Positions 37,201 to 52,620 of a stretch of 64,000 nucleotides of DNA are shown piece by piece. The notes beneath the pieces are model-generated. The model saw only the letters and a program-made list of their open reading frames with translations, made no database searches and was not told the origin of the DNA. The position numbers were made by a program, and so were the translations under genes. Each line of letters opens with the position of its first letter. Position 1 is the first letter of the stretch. The stretch is from Spongospora subterranea f. sp. subterranea (taxonomy: Eukaryota): the NCBI GenBank assembly GCA_049724395.1, contig JAUGWO010000142.1, forward strand, positions 1 through 64,000, written 5' to 3'.

Positions 37201-37299
37201 ATTCGGCAGCTGCAGCGTGTGTTTGAACGAAGCGACGGTCGTGGATATCAGACGCGTTCGGTGTGATAGCGAACGACGATTAGACAAAAACATGAACAT
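34248..37299 (-). CDS. IARS2: Mitochondrial (bacterial-type) isoleucyl-tRNA synthetase, 3 introns
   Basis: Arg/Ser-rich presequence; [16 protein letters not shown] (HIGH motif); [46 protein letters not shown]-terminal CARC..CQRC zinc finger. There is an apparent +1 base near 34600. Confidence 0.95.
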
Positions 37300-37864
37300 G
37301 ACCAGACACAGAGTAACGCAGGAGCAGCAGTGATGCTGTTACGACATGGTCATGAGCGCGGGACTGTTCACCACTATAGGTTGTCCACTGAACTGACTGA
37401 GCACGAGTCGGATGAAGGGGAGTTTTTGGGACGCTCATCTGCGGACTGACCTGGGAGAGTCATGGCGTGACCCCCATTCAAACGGCTTCCTGGAAAATCT
37501 TCCCAAATCCGCCATTATCGCGATTTTTTTTTTGTTCACCTGACCAACCCAACATGCCATTCGCTATTTGCAGGTCGACAATACACCTATGTAAAACAAT
37601 ATATATGATGTAGTTTGTGACATCAAACAGTATTTTTGCCTAGAAAATAAACCTGCATATTTGTTCGAACAATATATGCTTTCGAAATTGGAGTCAATAC
37701 CCTGTACGTGAATATTCCGAAGGTCATTCAAAATTTGAGGAGAATGAACATAATATCTTGACCTGAAACGATGGTGAGCGACTTGATCACGGATACGATA
37801 GAGCGTTATTATCCAGACAGTCAGACCAGACGTTATTAATCTGAACCACTGCGGCAAATAGATA

Positions 37865-40800
37865 ATGGAGAGGTCAGAGGTGCTGGCATATGGTGGCGGG
37901 CATGGAGCGATGGTCTACCATCCTGATGGAAAGTACGACGCCACAGGCACAATCTACCTCAGCGGCTCCCTCACCATCTTGCCCTTGCTAGATCGCTTTG
38001 CGTCGGCGGGTCCGACGCGTGCATCAAGGTGTTTGACGCAAACGACCTCACGACAACAGTGACGATGGACGATAATAGTGATGCCGTAACTGCCATGGCG
38101 TTCAACTTCGATGTATTAGAAATGTTATCAAATTCTGCCGGCGAGCTGAACACCTATAGGGAACTCGATTGTCCTGCGCCGCTGAACATGCTGCCAATAT
38201 GTACATTTTTACCGGATCGAAAACGGCACCAAATTTTGAAGGAGCGATTACCCGCTTAACAGGCCAAATTCGGTCCATTGCTGTAAATGCCTCTGATGAT
38301 CTGGTTGCAGTTTCGGGAGAGTACGTTCAACTTTTCAGACATTCGGTCCTCGCCTTAGCAATCCATTTTATTGCGCCTTTGAATTTTTCACCTTTCAAGG
38401 CACGGCAACTTTCGCCAAAATATTATCCGTTTTCGGAATCTGATCTCTTTCAATGGTTTGAGTTTAACTTCAATTGTTTAGTGAAGTCGAAATCAAGCTA
38501 ATCAATATGGCAAATCGCTCTGACATCAAGGTCCTGGTCGGCCATTCCTGCGCCGTTAAATGTGTTGCATTCAATGGTCAAGGCACCCACTTGGCCTCAG
38601 CTGGGATTGATGGACGTATGATTATCTGGAATATCGCGGACGGTGCTACCGAGAAGCAGTTCGAAACTAGCGCCATGGCAAAGACAGCGCTGGAGTCATC
38701 CGATATGATGGGTCTTCATTGGAGCAACTCTTTACTGGCTGCCCCTTTCAGGATGGATGTAGCAACATTTTGCAGAAAATCCGAAGCAAAATGGTCGCAA
38801 AGTTGCATCTTAACGGGGGGGCATACAGATAAGGTGTTTTACGGCTTGTATTTTCGAATCTATCTTTGCTGAGTCCGTTCCCAAGGTGTCCATTGTTCGA
38901 TGGTCGCAGAATGGACTATATTTGGCATCTGCTTCTGCAGATCTTACCATAGTTGTTTGGGATTATAAAACAAAAGCAATAGTGGCAACAAGAAAGATAG
39001 AGCACTCTTGTATTGTAAGAGAAAATGTGTTATATATGCGGTGGTATATTCAAATGTCTCTATTTAGGGGCTTGAATGGAGTCCAACCGATAACGTCATC
39101 GCTTATCTAACTGTAATTGGTGTGCTGACTCGATGGTGCGAGCCTGTCCCTAGAGATTTACCGCATCCGTCGAGCTCAGTGGAAGAAATCGCTGCTGACA
39201 AGGAAGGTGCTGAAGAAGGAAGCGACGACGAATCGGGCGCGTCGGTTTGGTTTTTTAAATATCGATTCTGACGGATGATTAATGCTGTTTTAGCGACGAT
39301 GTTGGCAGCGACGAGGGTGATAAAAAACCCACAGACCCCGACCGGCGTAAGCGCCGCCGCCTTGTGAGGGATGAGTCGGATTTGGAAAGCGAAGAAGACA
39401 TCATCAGTAAAGATGCAATTTCCAGCCACCCTCTCTCTAGGTTCCAGTTGAAGCCGCAGTCACCTTTTCAACCGGGTTCCACTTTCGGTACGGTTTCAGG
39501 TGTTTTGATTCTTCTAGCGCTTAACTCGAAAGTAGATCACGGGGAGGCGTTTTTGATGGCTTGGACGTTATTTGGCTCAATCGAATCAACCTACGTAGAT
39601 CAGGCTCTCCGACGCATTCAAATCAACTTCGCTGACATTGATTCCCGGCCTCGTATTCGTCTAACCGACCGTCTTGGGTTCACCAAAGCTTGTCTTGGCA
39701 CGCACTCGGTAGAAACTCTTACCGCTTTCCCTCATCGCTGACTCTTGTTCAGGCCCTGTTCTCCAGCCCTGCTAAAGAATCTATTCCCGCCACAATATTT
39801 TATAAAGCGTTCGACAGCTGGGCTGCAAATAGCGACTGGAGGTATTCTGATGCACTCAGCAAATACAGTGTTCTGACCTAGGCCTAGTATGAGTGTCCCA
39901 GATGGGGAAGACGTTGCCTGCATTGGGTTGATTGGAAGAACTGCTGCCATTGTAACCAACCTTCAAATTTTGAGAATTGTCAGCTTCTCTGGGGTGCACA
40001 AAACGATATTATGTGTGGACGGTCCTGTCGTGGCCATGACTGGTTCGTCCTCCCTGCTCGCCACTATCATAGATAATGGTTGTGGTTTGAGTTACGTCGT
40101 ATATGACACGAGCAATGAGGTAGATTGGCCCGAATTGATTTTTTGGTGTATTGTGACCCAGTTCTGATCAGAGTATCCGCCGTGTCAGTGGCGGTCGATG
40201 CCCGATAACTTTGGGCTCCACTTTGCGCTGGTTGTGCTATTCAGAAAACGTTCGTTTTTTGTTCTATCCATATAGTGCGCTAATACATTCCAGGGTATCC
40301 TCGTTACGATGGATTCAGCGTTAATGTTTCGCGGGTTGTTCCCACAGCGAGGTCAGTACGAGTGGATTCCGATTACAAATGGTCGTCAACACACGTCCAC
40401 ACCGCGATCCACTCTATGGCCAGTCGGGGCATCAGCTACAGATATTTTGGCTGCCGTTCTGAAGGTTAATTGTATCTGCGATTTTCTAGCATTTTCTTTT
40501 ATCTTGCTGTAGAACGGTCAGACTCAGCCGAATCCGAGCTCACGACCCATCCTGAACGGCATACCTTTTACCCTGCCTTTACTGATTGGGGACACTCATT
40601 CTGTCTCTCTAGAGCAGAAGAATTTATTGAATGGTCTGATGATCACAACGTGTAAAGATAAGGCGGCACGTGGGTCGAATCGTGACAAAGCGGCTGCCAA
40701 GGCCGCAATGAGTAAGGCGATGGTACAACAAGACGTGGCTGTCATCGAGCTGATCCAAGTCGGTATTTTTCTCTTGAAAACCCACTGAATTGACGATATG

Positions 40801-41330
40801 CATCAGGCCGCTTGTCAAAACGATATTCCAACTAGGGCCCTGGATTTAGCATCTTCGTTGCAAATGAAAAAGTCGCTCGATGCCGCTATCAAAGTTGTTG
40901 CTTCCATGAATCAACCGAGCCTAGTTGAGCGAATGACTTTACTTGCTAGTGTGAAGTTTCCGGAACAGAAACCCTCTTCTCCATCTGCTGAGCCCATCCG
41001 AGTATGTTCGCCTGATTCGTTCAGTCGGCAACGCTGACTGCCGTTCTTCAGAAAGTTGCCACACCGCCTAATATCCCCGCAACGCCTGCCATCAAGATCG
41101 ACTTTTCACCGTCCCCGGCTACCAGACCAATTTCTGAGAAAGCGCAGATCCATCCCATTGCGTTAGGAGGAAAAGGTTGGTCTTTAAGTATCATATGTTT
41201 TGGCGCAGGTTGATCATGCCGTAGGTACAACAATGGGGCTATCCCAAAAAGCGCAACGCCCTTCAACCCAATTGGTTGGATTTTCGTCTCAACTCGATTT
41301 GAAAAGAACAGGGTCCCATGATGCTAAAAT
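37865..41330 (+). CDS. WDHD1: CTF4/AND-1 replisome adaptor (WD40 plus SepB domain), many introns; 3' end approximate
   Basis: WD40 repeats (GHSCAVKCVAF..LASAGIDGRMIIWN); an acidic linker; QSPFQPGST; FDSWAANSDW; GPVVAM; RALDLASSLQMKKSLDAAIKV..LVERM. Confidence 0.88.
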
Positions 41331-41570
41331 GTCATCCTGTAAGCTCATCGGTATTACCGATAATGATGGGTCGAGCTCTAATACTGAATATTTAGTCTCA
41401 AACTTGATCGGCAAGAGTTCAAAATCTTCCTCGGATAGATCGTTGTTTTCACCTGCTCATAAATAATTAACGTTTTTCGTCACCCATTTTCGTGGCCTTG
41501 TAAGAGTCCCTCCCCACCTGTAGAACGGCGGAACGGAGAACGTTACGGACAATATATCAAACCAAAAACG

Positions 41571-42485
41571 ATGTCGAACGACAGCGATGATTCGACCGTC
41601 CCTTCAATGGTTGCGGTGTTAACCAAATCGGTTTCGTCGCTGCAGACAACGGTCGGATCGACCTGCTCGAATCTCCTGAGCAGCTTGCAATCGAATATTG
41701 AGATGATGAATGCAATGAACTCCATTATGGAGTTATACACGCAACGATCGCTTCGGGTGCAATCATCGCTAAGTTCACCAGCAAGAATGGAAATTCGAAT
41801 GACAAATACCAGCGCCATTCGCATAAAATGCTGTTCTAATATGATAACATTATCAAGGGTTTCCGATAATCAACCCGTTCAGTTTGCCATTGAAGTCGAG
41901 GATCGGTCATCTATCGCGTTTGCCAATTTATCTGAAACCTCTTGGCAAATTAATGACTTTGAATTGGATCCTGACCAGGTTTTATATGGATATGTTCGTT
42001 TTGCCGAGCTTCCTTCCGCTTGTCAATACAACGCTAAGATAAACATCAATATTTTGAGCCCCGGAACAGGTGCGAATCGCAGAAATTAATGTTGAATGCT
42101 GCCCTTACTGACATAATCTATCAATTTAGGCAACCTGCTACCGATTGAGCACGCCTTTGGGGTTCATATCATCCATCAATGCAAGCTTCGTTATGATATG
42201 GACCCACCCTCTTCTCGATGTCCAACCGATGGCGTGAAGGGTCGTGTTGATGCTCGTACAATTCGCTCATTGTTTCTGGTTCCAGATACAGTGGGTATCG
42301 CTTCTCGATCAGCTTTCATGCTACATATTCCTGGAAATCCAACCGAAATGGTCATTTATGTGGCCGGTATCTGCCCTGAGGGGTCTAATGTCGATGTCGT
42401 ATGTGGCCCAACGAACTTGACGGTATCTCCCGATCAGATTCTCCAAGAGTTATCAAGGTTGAGTTCCGCGGCAAAAACTAAATAG
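41571..42485 (+). CDS. Hypothetical protein, 1 intron (~42070-42129)
   Basis: Two ORFs are joined by a GT-AG intron. The start is a clean ATG and the composition is globular, but no family was recognised. Confidence 0.6.
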
Positions 42486-42495
42486 TGGGTTTGCT

Positions 42496-44277
<1,782 letters not shown>

Positions 44278-45499
44278 TCCTAAATACCAATACGGCGCTG
44301 AAACCGGGCCCGATAGTATCTCCTGCGAACGCAAATGATCAATGAGAATCAATGCGTCAGCCGGTCGGATACGGTTTAATTATGGCTGCGCCACTCTAAT
44401 CTGAGTGGTAAATAACTGGTAACACATGACATGCGGTTCCGGCAGGTTCAGTGACCTGACGTGACTTTTTTTGTCGATATGTGGTTGAATTCGGGTTTGG
44501 AATGGTCTTGTTTACGTGAAAGTGGTCGTAACTGCGATCCGCTGCGATTGTAAAACTGTTGGAGCCGCTGCGATTGTAAAACTGCTGATGTATCTCCTCT
44601 AGGAATTGTTTCCTCTCGTATGTTGTACAGACTGAATAGTCGATATACCTTGTTGACTATCGGGATCGGGTGTTTAGTCGATGGCAAAATAGGAGCTGTT
44701 GACGGGAAGCGTCGTTGCATTTTGTTCAGATAAACACGTCGTCAACACTTTCCCTTTGAGTCGGGGAAACACGAGCTGGAGTATAAGCTGATACGGTCAT
44801 AATTGAAAGGTCATTCCGAACTCGTCGCCAGGCACCTTGCAAATGTGCTTCGACGTCCCGTATTCGGCCAATGGGACCCACAAGACGGATCCAGAAAATC
44901 GGGTGGTTATATTGGCCGGTAACGACTGAAAATTTTTCGTCTGCGCTTCAACGTAACCGCATAAGGTTATCGTTGAACATCTGGAGTATATAACGAACAT
45001 TTCCAGCAGGCAACTATCCTAAACTATTATTCGAATCAAGCCGATAAGTTTATTGCAAATTCAAAGAATAGGCAAATTATATTTCTCGAACCTGGAAATG
45101 GCTCCAAGGCCGCTAACTCATGAGCATGGCGACATCTAGTTCGACAAATTGCCCCACATTGATCAACTGTTTGGCTTCTGGGCTGCTCATTTTTTCTGTT
45201 GGCATTATTCAATTTCAGCATGCTCGGCTTGTGACAGCGTAGATGTTGTGGCGGCACATCGAACGTTTCAAGAAGGTGCAGAAGATCCCAGATGGTCAAA
45301 ACTGTGTTCTAAAGTATTACATGGGTTCACAATTGTTTGAGGCCTGCTGCAATTTTCTGGGCTTCACATTGTGCAGCGTTGATGGCCTCGCGAAAGGTTT
45401 TGATTGTCGTCGACGCCGAATGTTGCCAAAGCTAAATGTTATCAACTCTAGCTACTACTAAGTCGACGGAACTCGTGATTACAAGATGATTATACAATA

Positions 45500-46728
45500 T
45501 TATATTGATGAAAACAACTGGTCTTCATTGGATTTGAGGGACAACTTTTTCACAATTTCGTAACAGGCGAACGTCAAGGCACTGCCAGGGACGGCCATGA
45601 CTAGTCGCGGTCCGATGCCTTTTGCCATTCCTGAAAAACCTGTATGGTTTGTGAGCTATACAAAACAAAAATTAAGAAACTTTTTGCACCTTCTTCATGA
45701 ATCACTCGAAAAGCTGTACTCCAGAATCCAATATTCTTCTTGTCAAGATCAGCTGTCTGTATTCGAACTTTAGCGACCTCAAGTGGATTAGAGACAAGGA
45801 CGCTGGCCGCACCAGCCATTGCACCGGCTATCAAATATGTACTAACTGGAGGAGGCTGATGACGATCCTTATGAAGAAAGTCTTTCGCTCCTTCGTATGT
45901 ACAGAAATATGCGGCAGACGCTATGTCACATCAGCACTTCGAAACAAAATGCAAAATCCGAAACGAACCTGGTCCATGAGAAATGATACTACCGCCGAGC
46001 CCCCTGTACAGCCCTGAAAAGCCATTCGCCCTCCATAGGTCAGCAAATACTTGTCTGGCAGTTGGTACAGGCACGGTGGCCTCAATGCAACCAGGTCTAT
46101 AATCAAGTTGCGTCGTAGACACCATGAGCCTGACGGAAATCACTTCGCCGGGAGTATGCGTGATCAGGCTCAAGATATCAGCTGAAAACCCGGCAGCGAA
46201 ACCAATCGCTGCTTTGGAACCAAGCCAGGAGTGACGCTCCGTTCCTTGCTTGTCAAAATCTAGCATGATTTGTTTGAGGTACTCATATACCCCAAAGTAT
46301 ATAAGTTGTCCAGGAACGTTCCCAATCGTGCTTGGAATCAAGCCTCGAAATAGCCCCTAGCAAGAATTTAGATCTTTAAGCAGCAGCAACAAAATATTGA
46401 AACCTTCACCTGAATTCCTTCTCGTCTAACGATCAATTTTGCGTTGGTTATCGCATTCAGAGGCATCTTGTTGCCTGAATAATGCTGTTGCCTAGCTTTC
46501 AGTAGCTCTAGAGGGTGCAGCACAGAATCATGCAGCAACACGAACGCCTAAGCCGAAGACACCCAAATCAGTAGTGATGACCATCAAAGCATGAATCAAC
46601 CAACCGACCGTGTTGAAAAATAAATAACGGCCGATGTCCATATGTTCCCAGCAAACGTCATCGACATTACCATTGTTAGCTACCGGAATTTGTATGCAAG
46701 GCAAAGAGGGATCAATATCTACTTCCAT
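45500..46728 (-). CDS. Mitochondrial carrier (SLC25), SLC25A44-like
   Basis: Three carrier signature repeats: HPLELLKARQQ, TPGEVISVRL and NPLEVAKVRIQ. Also GLYRG and an N-terminal WEHMD..RY motif. Confidence 0.9.
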
Positions 46729-47627
46729 CACAGGAGATGGTTATCCAGTCGTCGAAACCTTTTGCAGCTGGCGTTGATCCCGTACTGGGTGCCACAAATT
46801 CCTGTCCAGTTAAATAATTTCAGCAGATCGTAATGGGGTGTGTAGTCAGTTCGGAGTCATTCCATGCGTACAGTAGACGACACCGAATATTGCGCAATGT
46901 AAAATTAACCGACCGGACTTACAGGAAAATACAGAAACGTGACAATTTCGAATAAAAAGAAGGTAGTTTTGGTCTTGCGCTATGAGCTTAACCGTTGGTC
47001 AAAGGTTTGTGTGGAAAGTGTTCATGCTAATCCGTCGTGGGTAAAAAATAATCGCCAGACCTCTCGAAACAGTTTGTCAAGTATGTATTGCTCTGCATTA
47101 TGTGCGGTGGCCTTTCAAACGCTGGGGCGCCGAACGCCGTTGGAGTTACACCCTTTTATTCAACTCAAAAAATTGGCAACCTTTGAATGGCGTAGAAAAA
47201 ATTGTTTGCTACCGGAAGCACATGGCAATTTGTCGGCTTCTGACACACTCTCTGACCGATCCCTACAAAAAAGGTCTTGGATATGGTGATCTGTGGCACC
47301 CAGATACGAGATCAACGCCAGCTTGTGCAAAACATTTTGCGATCACAACATGCGACATGAACGGATTATCGCAGAGTGGATCACTTCTCAAGGTTGTACC
47401 AGTGCTGCATAACTTGCTCGGATATATAAAACACGTGAGTAAAAAGAATCAGACCTAGAATCAGTGGCAAACCCAAGCGTGATACACATTGACAGCCTTC
47501 GTACTGTACAGTAATCTGTTTTATCGGGAATCCCCTGATTTCGGGGTCGGTTGGTGTAAAAAAAGTGCGTCGAGTGATTAACGATCCGCGCGGCTGATCA
47601 GCATTGTTACTTTAGACCTATGGGTCT

Positions 47628-49495
47628 ATGACATCAGAGCGAGATATATTACGAGAGGCGATCAATCATGAACGAAATGGAGACCTGGATACCAGCACGG
47701 CGCTGTTTCAACGGCTCCTGATAAACCATTCAGCATGGGCGCTGGACAAGAAAGTCGACACGCGTTTGCTGACCATGTGGCGCAAAGCCGTCGAACACAA
47801 CACGGGGCTTCACGAAGCTGCGAAAATGGTGCAGCGACAAGTGTGTACGTATTGTGGTCTATGCTTCCGAGGTTTAGATCTAATTGTAAGATCAGATGTA
47901 CAAGCAAATGACGTTCGAATCAAAAGTCTAGCAATTTCGTCGTTGGGCGATTTGGAGAGGTATTCCGGCCGCATTGATCAGGCCGGAATTCACTATCAAC
48001 AAGCAATTTCGGTACGCTTCAATTAGCTTCCATTAAGTTCTTTTTCTAATTCATCACAGATCTGTCCATCCATGGGGAAGGCCTATAATCAACTCGCAGT
48101 TATTCATGGAGCATCGTGCGAGGCTAATTCACAGCTGATGGCAGTTCATGGTTATCTTCGAGCATTATGGGCTGAGCGACCATTTCTTCCAGCGCGTGAG
48201 AACTTACTGCATACGTTCACCGACAACACATCTTGCCTTGCCCGGCCACAGACTACCTTAGTTGACCGATGGAATCGACTTATTATCCGCATTGCTGAGC
48301 TGGCGTTTTTGGAAACTAATGACGATGCTGTTACTGGGCCGTATTTGACAGAATTAAACGCGATCTCTCGATCCATGGCGTTAGCTCAAAACGACAAATC
48401 GCTTCCGAATCTGCCTCATTCATTGGTTATTCTTCTAGGCCTAGCTGAACGCAACGGCATTGCTTGGCAGGCGCTAACCATAATTTTTGGGTGGCAAATG
48501 TCGTCTTTGGCCTTATCAACGGCGCCAAGAGTTGATTTGATATTGGCAATTTTCTGCATTGTTGCGTGTCGTCGGGTTGAGAGTCTGAATGGTAGCCCCC
48601 TTCTAATGCATCTCTCTCGGCTTGTCAATTCTTTGGCGCTTGATGGAATTTCGGATTCATCTCTGGCTGCAAAGGCGGATCCAAAGTCTACCACTCCGTC
48701 GTTAGATTTATTCATCGCGTTCGCACCCATTGAATCCATTCCAGGCTGGTCCGCTGTTGTTGATGGCTTATGTCGGCAGCCAGATTTTCTTCATCAGTCC
48801 GTTAAGACTTTGGCGACTCTTACATTAGATTTCAAGGCCACCATGAATCGATTTGAAATCCCTGAAAGCGGACCATCACCCTTGGTCGTGCTCGATGTCC
48901 CAAATATATCCATGAACCATGGGAGAAATCGTGTATTTTCCTGCAAGGGCCTCGCCCTTGCTATTCACTTCTTCAAGTCACGAGGATTTTCCGTTCAGGC
49001 GTTTGTCCCTGAGCAATGCATGGATTACGAAAAGGTTTCGAACCTAAAGCGTCTCGGCCGTTTGGAGGGATGGGCAGCCAAAGCATCAGCAATGCCTGAC
49101 GACATAGCATCGTTGCGTCTACATTATGCTAACGGGGTTGTAGTAGCGACTCCTCAGGTTTGTCGCGTGCTAAAATTTCTCTGGGATGCCTTCTTATTTT
49201 ATTCTAGGGTGATTACGATGATTCCTACACCATTGAACATAGTCGACGTAACGATGGCATCATTATCAGCAACGATCGATTTCGAGATGCGACTCAAAAG
49301 ATTCAGGACCCCGTTGAAGTTCGTGTTCTTACTGCATGGATTCGCTCCAACGTTTGTATCGTTCAATAGTTTGCCATGTGACGCTAACTGCAGCTTCAGG
49401 TCTGCTCTTTTACCTTTGCCGGTGACCAATTCATCCCGAATCCCGATTTCGCCTGGCCGAAAGCTCACGAATCGTTCGTCAAACTATCTGGGTAG
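47628..49495 (+). CDS. Est1/SMG5-7-type TPR domain fused to a Zc3h12a/Regnase-type NYN (PIN-like) ribonuclease
   Basis: Est1 domain: LGDLERY, YQQAI..PSMGKAYNQLAVI, YLRAL..PFLPARENL. RNase domain after splicing: VVLDVPNISMNHGRNRVFSCKGLALAIHFFKSRG..AFVP, TPQGDYDDSY, GIIISNDRFRD, FTFAGDQFIPNPD. Confidence 0.85.
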
Positions 49496-49877
49496 TATTG
49501 TAGTTCATACAAGGGGCTCCCTCAGGGCGTATCCGGGCTTGTGTGCCCCGGGCGCGGAATGACAAGTGCAAATCCTGAGGCGTGATAGGACGGATAGATT
49601 GAGATGAAGTCTGCATTAAAATTCTTTTCTTTTTGAAATCGCCCTTCATAGTATCAGATATAACCGGATTTTGTTGAAAGCTACAGGAAATGGAATTCCT
49701 ACGAGATCGTCATTTGTGTGTAGTTTCATAGGCAGATCCCCGTCCCCCCGTCATGGCTGGGGAGTCTCTACCGACCAGAGTACAATCACGACTGTAGACA
49801 TGGGCCGCGCCCGCGCCAAATGCATTGGCTGTACTGTATATAACAACAGGCACAGACGATTGCTGATTGTAATAATC

Positions 49878-50737
49878 ATGCCAGAACAGGTTTGAACTGG
49901 CTTGGTGGAATGGTCATCATCATATCTGACAATCGGCAACAATTTAGAGAGTGCTACCGTCCATTCCTATTCAGACCAGAGAAGAAGCGATCGCCTCGCT
50001 AGCCGCTCACGATGCGCTCCTGGAGGCGCGCAAAACTGAGAAGAAGGTTCTGCTTCACGACTAATCTCGACCAGAAAAAGTTGATACATCTACTCTCAGG
50101 TTACAGAACTCGCAAATATCATTGAGGAGTCATCTTTGGAGGACCTGAGGAGGGCCCGAGTCAATGAGCTGAAGGCGAAAGCCAGCAAGATGCAAGAATG
50201 GCGTACGAAAGGCCATGGATATTACACCGAAGTGTCCGACCAAAAGCAATGGTTCGAAGTGACCAAATCAAGTGAAAGGGTCATCACACATTTCTACCGT
50301 CCGACAACACCGTTATGTGAAACAGTCGACTCTCATCTAACTGCTATCGCTGCTAAACACGTCGAAACTAAATTCGTCAAGATCAACGCCGAGAAGTCGC
50401 CATTCCTTTCGGAACGTCTCCAAGTAGTTACTTTGCCGACCATCATCATGACAACAAAAGGGTATATCTCGCTATTGATTGGCAACACGTCTTCTAACTT
50501 TTTGGATTCAGAACCGTCAAAGACACAATTGTTGGATTTGAAGGGATTGCGAAGCTTGATAAGTGCAGCAGCGACGATTTCGAGCGTCGTCTAGCAATGA
50601 ATGGTATGATTGACTATGAAGGAGATCCTCGCCAAGCAAAAGACGCGTCCAGACGAGGACCGATGAACGTCATTCGCAAAAGTACACTTGCCAAAAGGTC
50701 TTACGATGGTGACAGCTCGGACGGCGAATCTGACTGA
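49878..50737 (+). CDS. TXNDC9: Phosducin-like protein 3 / thioredoxin domain-containing protein 9, 3 introns
   Basis: LEDLRRARVNELK..WRTKGHGYYTEV..F..TKSSERVITHFY..VDSHL..IAAKHVETKFVKINAEKSPFL.ERL..LPT..IVGFE. Confidence 0.9.
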
Positions 50738-50778
50738 AATATCTTTACCTCAACTATTCCATTTTACCGATTGTGATT

Positions 50779-51758
50779 TTATTGTGGCGAAGGTAGTTTG
50801 AAATGTGCCGCCCAGGCGTCGGGGTCTAATATCTTTGTTGAGACCCATTGTCGACTAGAACTTTCAGATGAAATATTCTGCAATACCATGGGTTAGGCTC
50901 ACTCTGACATCGCAGACGATCCTTACATTTCTTTGTACGAGGTCGTTCATCTCATTGATGGCCTCTGTGTGATAGATGGATATGGAACTGATACGCTGCA
51001 TCTGTTGGGCAGAGTGTAAGCTCATGAACACAGTTGTGTGCCCACACACGACCAACCAGAAGTCTGTTTTCTTCTTCTAGTGTTTTACATTTTTTACGCG
51101 AGTTCATCTTCATCAGCACATCGCCTAGGAAGCGCCGCAGATTTGTTGTTTGCCTCATCGGTTCTCGCTTTCTCTTTCTGCAATCTGCTGAACCATCTTA
51201 GAACTCTGTTCACTCGTTAATTCACGTACTACTGCTCCTGTAATGAGACAATTTCTTTTTCATCCTCATGAAGTTGTTGGCGCAAAATTGCGATGGCGCG
51301 ATCATTCTCAGAATTGACACTGTAAGCGCGTGAGAGCTCTTCTTGGATTCGAATTAAGGCTGATTCCGTCGCTCGACTATCCAAGTTCCACTGTGAAAAT
51401 ACATTCAAGGTCGATGATGTGTCTGACCTGGTGGAACTATCTTGATCAGATAATGTCACGTCTGAAAGTAAAGACGGGCGCTTCCTCAGCCCATCGAGAT
51501 CTTGGCGCAATCTCAACGCCGAATCACGTTCCCGGTGGAACTTGTTGAAAACGGAGCGATCTGTTTCAGCAATGATCAGCTATTTGAATAACATTTCATT
51601 GTGGTAAAATCAAACGATCCAGCACCGCCACAATGGCAATAGCGAAATCCAACGTTCGATAAATTCGTACAATCGGCGATGATCTCATCATATCTGTGCT
51701 CAACCGCATCCCTCTGATCGAACCGGGCGATGACGTCACCAAACACAATCTCTGCCAT
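50779..51758 (-). CDS. ATG16-like coiled-coil autophagy protein (short form, no WD40)
   Basis: N-terminal IARFDQRDAVE helix (ATG5-binding-like); LIRIQEELSRAY; KTLEEENRLLVGR..EAINEMND. Apparent frameshift(s) near 51125. Confidence 0.6.
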
Positions 51759-52620
51759 GTCCACCACACCCGAGATGGCGCAATATTGCCTTAGTGTTAC
51801 TATACAGACAGAATCTGGTCTGGCCAATCGGACCTTTAATATCATGCGCTATCATATGGTCTATAGAAGGTATTGAGGAATTGGGCTCGATTATCGTTCG
51901 ATTCACATGAACTCAACGCAGGGCAGTGCCCAAACAACAGGGGCAAATTGATTGGGCCCAGGGGCTCTGATTCGGTCAAGGCGCGATAATAATCCGACAG
52001 GTTTCAACACATTCGCCAGCAACAATGATCGATTGTCGCCCCGGGTGAAATTGCCTGCATTGCTCACCTCCCGCCCATTGTCAGCACGATTATGTTCCCG
52101 ATCAGTTTCGCACATGATCAGGTAGGCGTTTCTCATGATCAACAATGCCCATCCCTGCTTTCGAGAGCGCGAAAGGTATGTTGAGCTTGATGAACGCCGG
52201 CCGGGTCATCGTGGCAACAAACATCGATCGGGAACCAAGGGCAATATCGTGTTCGGTGCAGGCGATAGATTTGAATTGATGGAGGAGAAGGAGTATCGAA
52301 GTCCGATAATTTCCAAGTCAAATATGAACAAAACAGAAACATTTGTCGAACTTGTATTCGAAATTTGCTCATCATTTGCAGAACCAATTCCTCAAACATT
52401 GTCTGTTGATTTACCGGTATTGTGATAAGATTACTGTTCTGCAGTATTGTCGAGAACAATTCCAACAGGATTGCGAGTTTATGAGTGAATAAGGGTTCCT
52501 GAGATGGATCCAACAAGGGCGACATAACCTCCCCAGCGATCCCGCGTTTAAGGTGCCGTCGGTGAGTCACGAACGGTTCCGATCGGGTGATCGGGATCCA
52601 CGACCAAGAGTCACTTCAGG

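Noticed and set aside
44539..44584. Two copies of CCGCTGCGATTGTAAAACTG 25 bp apart
   Set aside because: It is a simple local duplication in a spacer, with no further copies seen.
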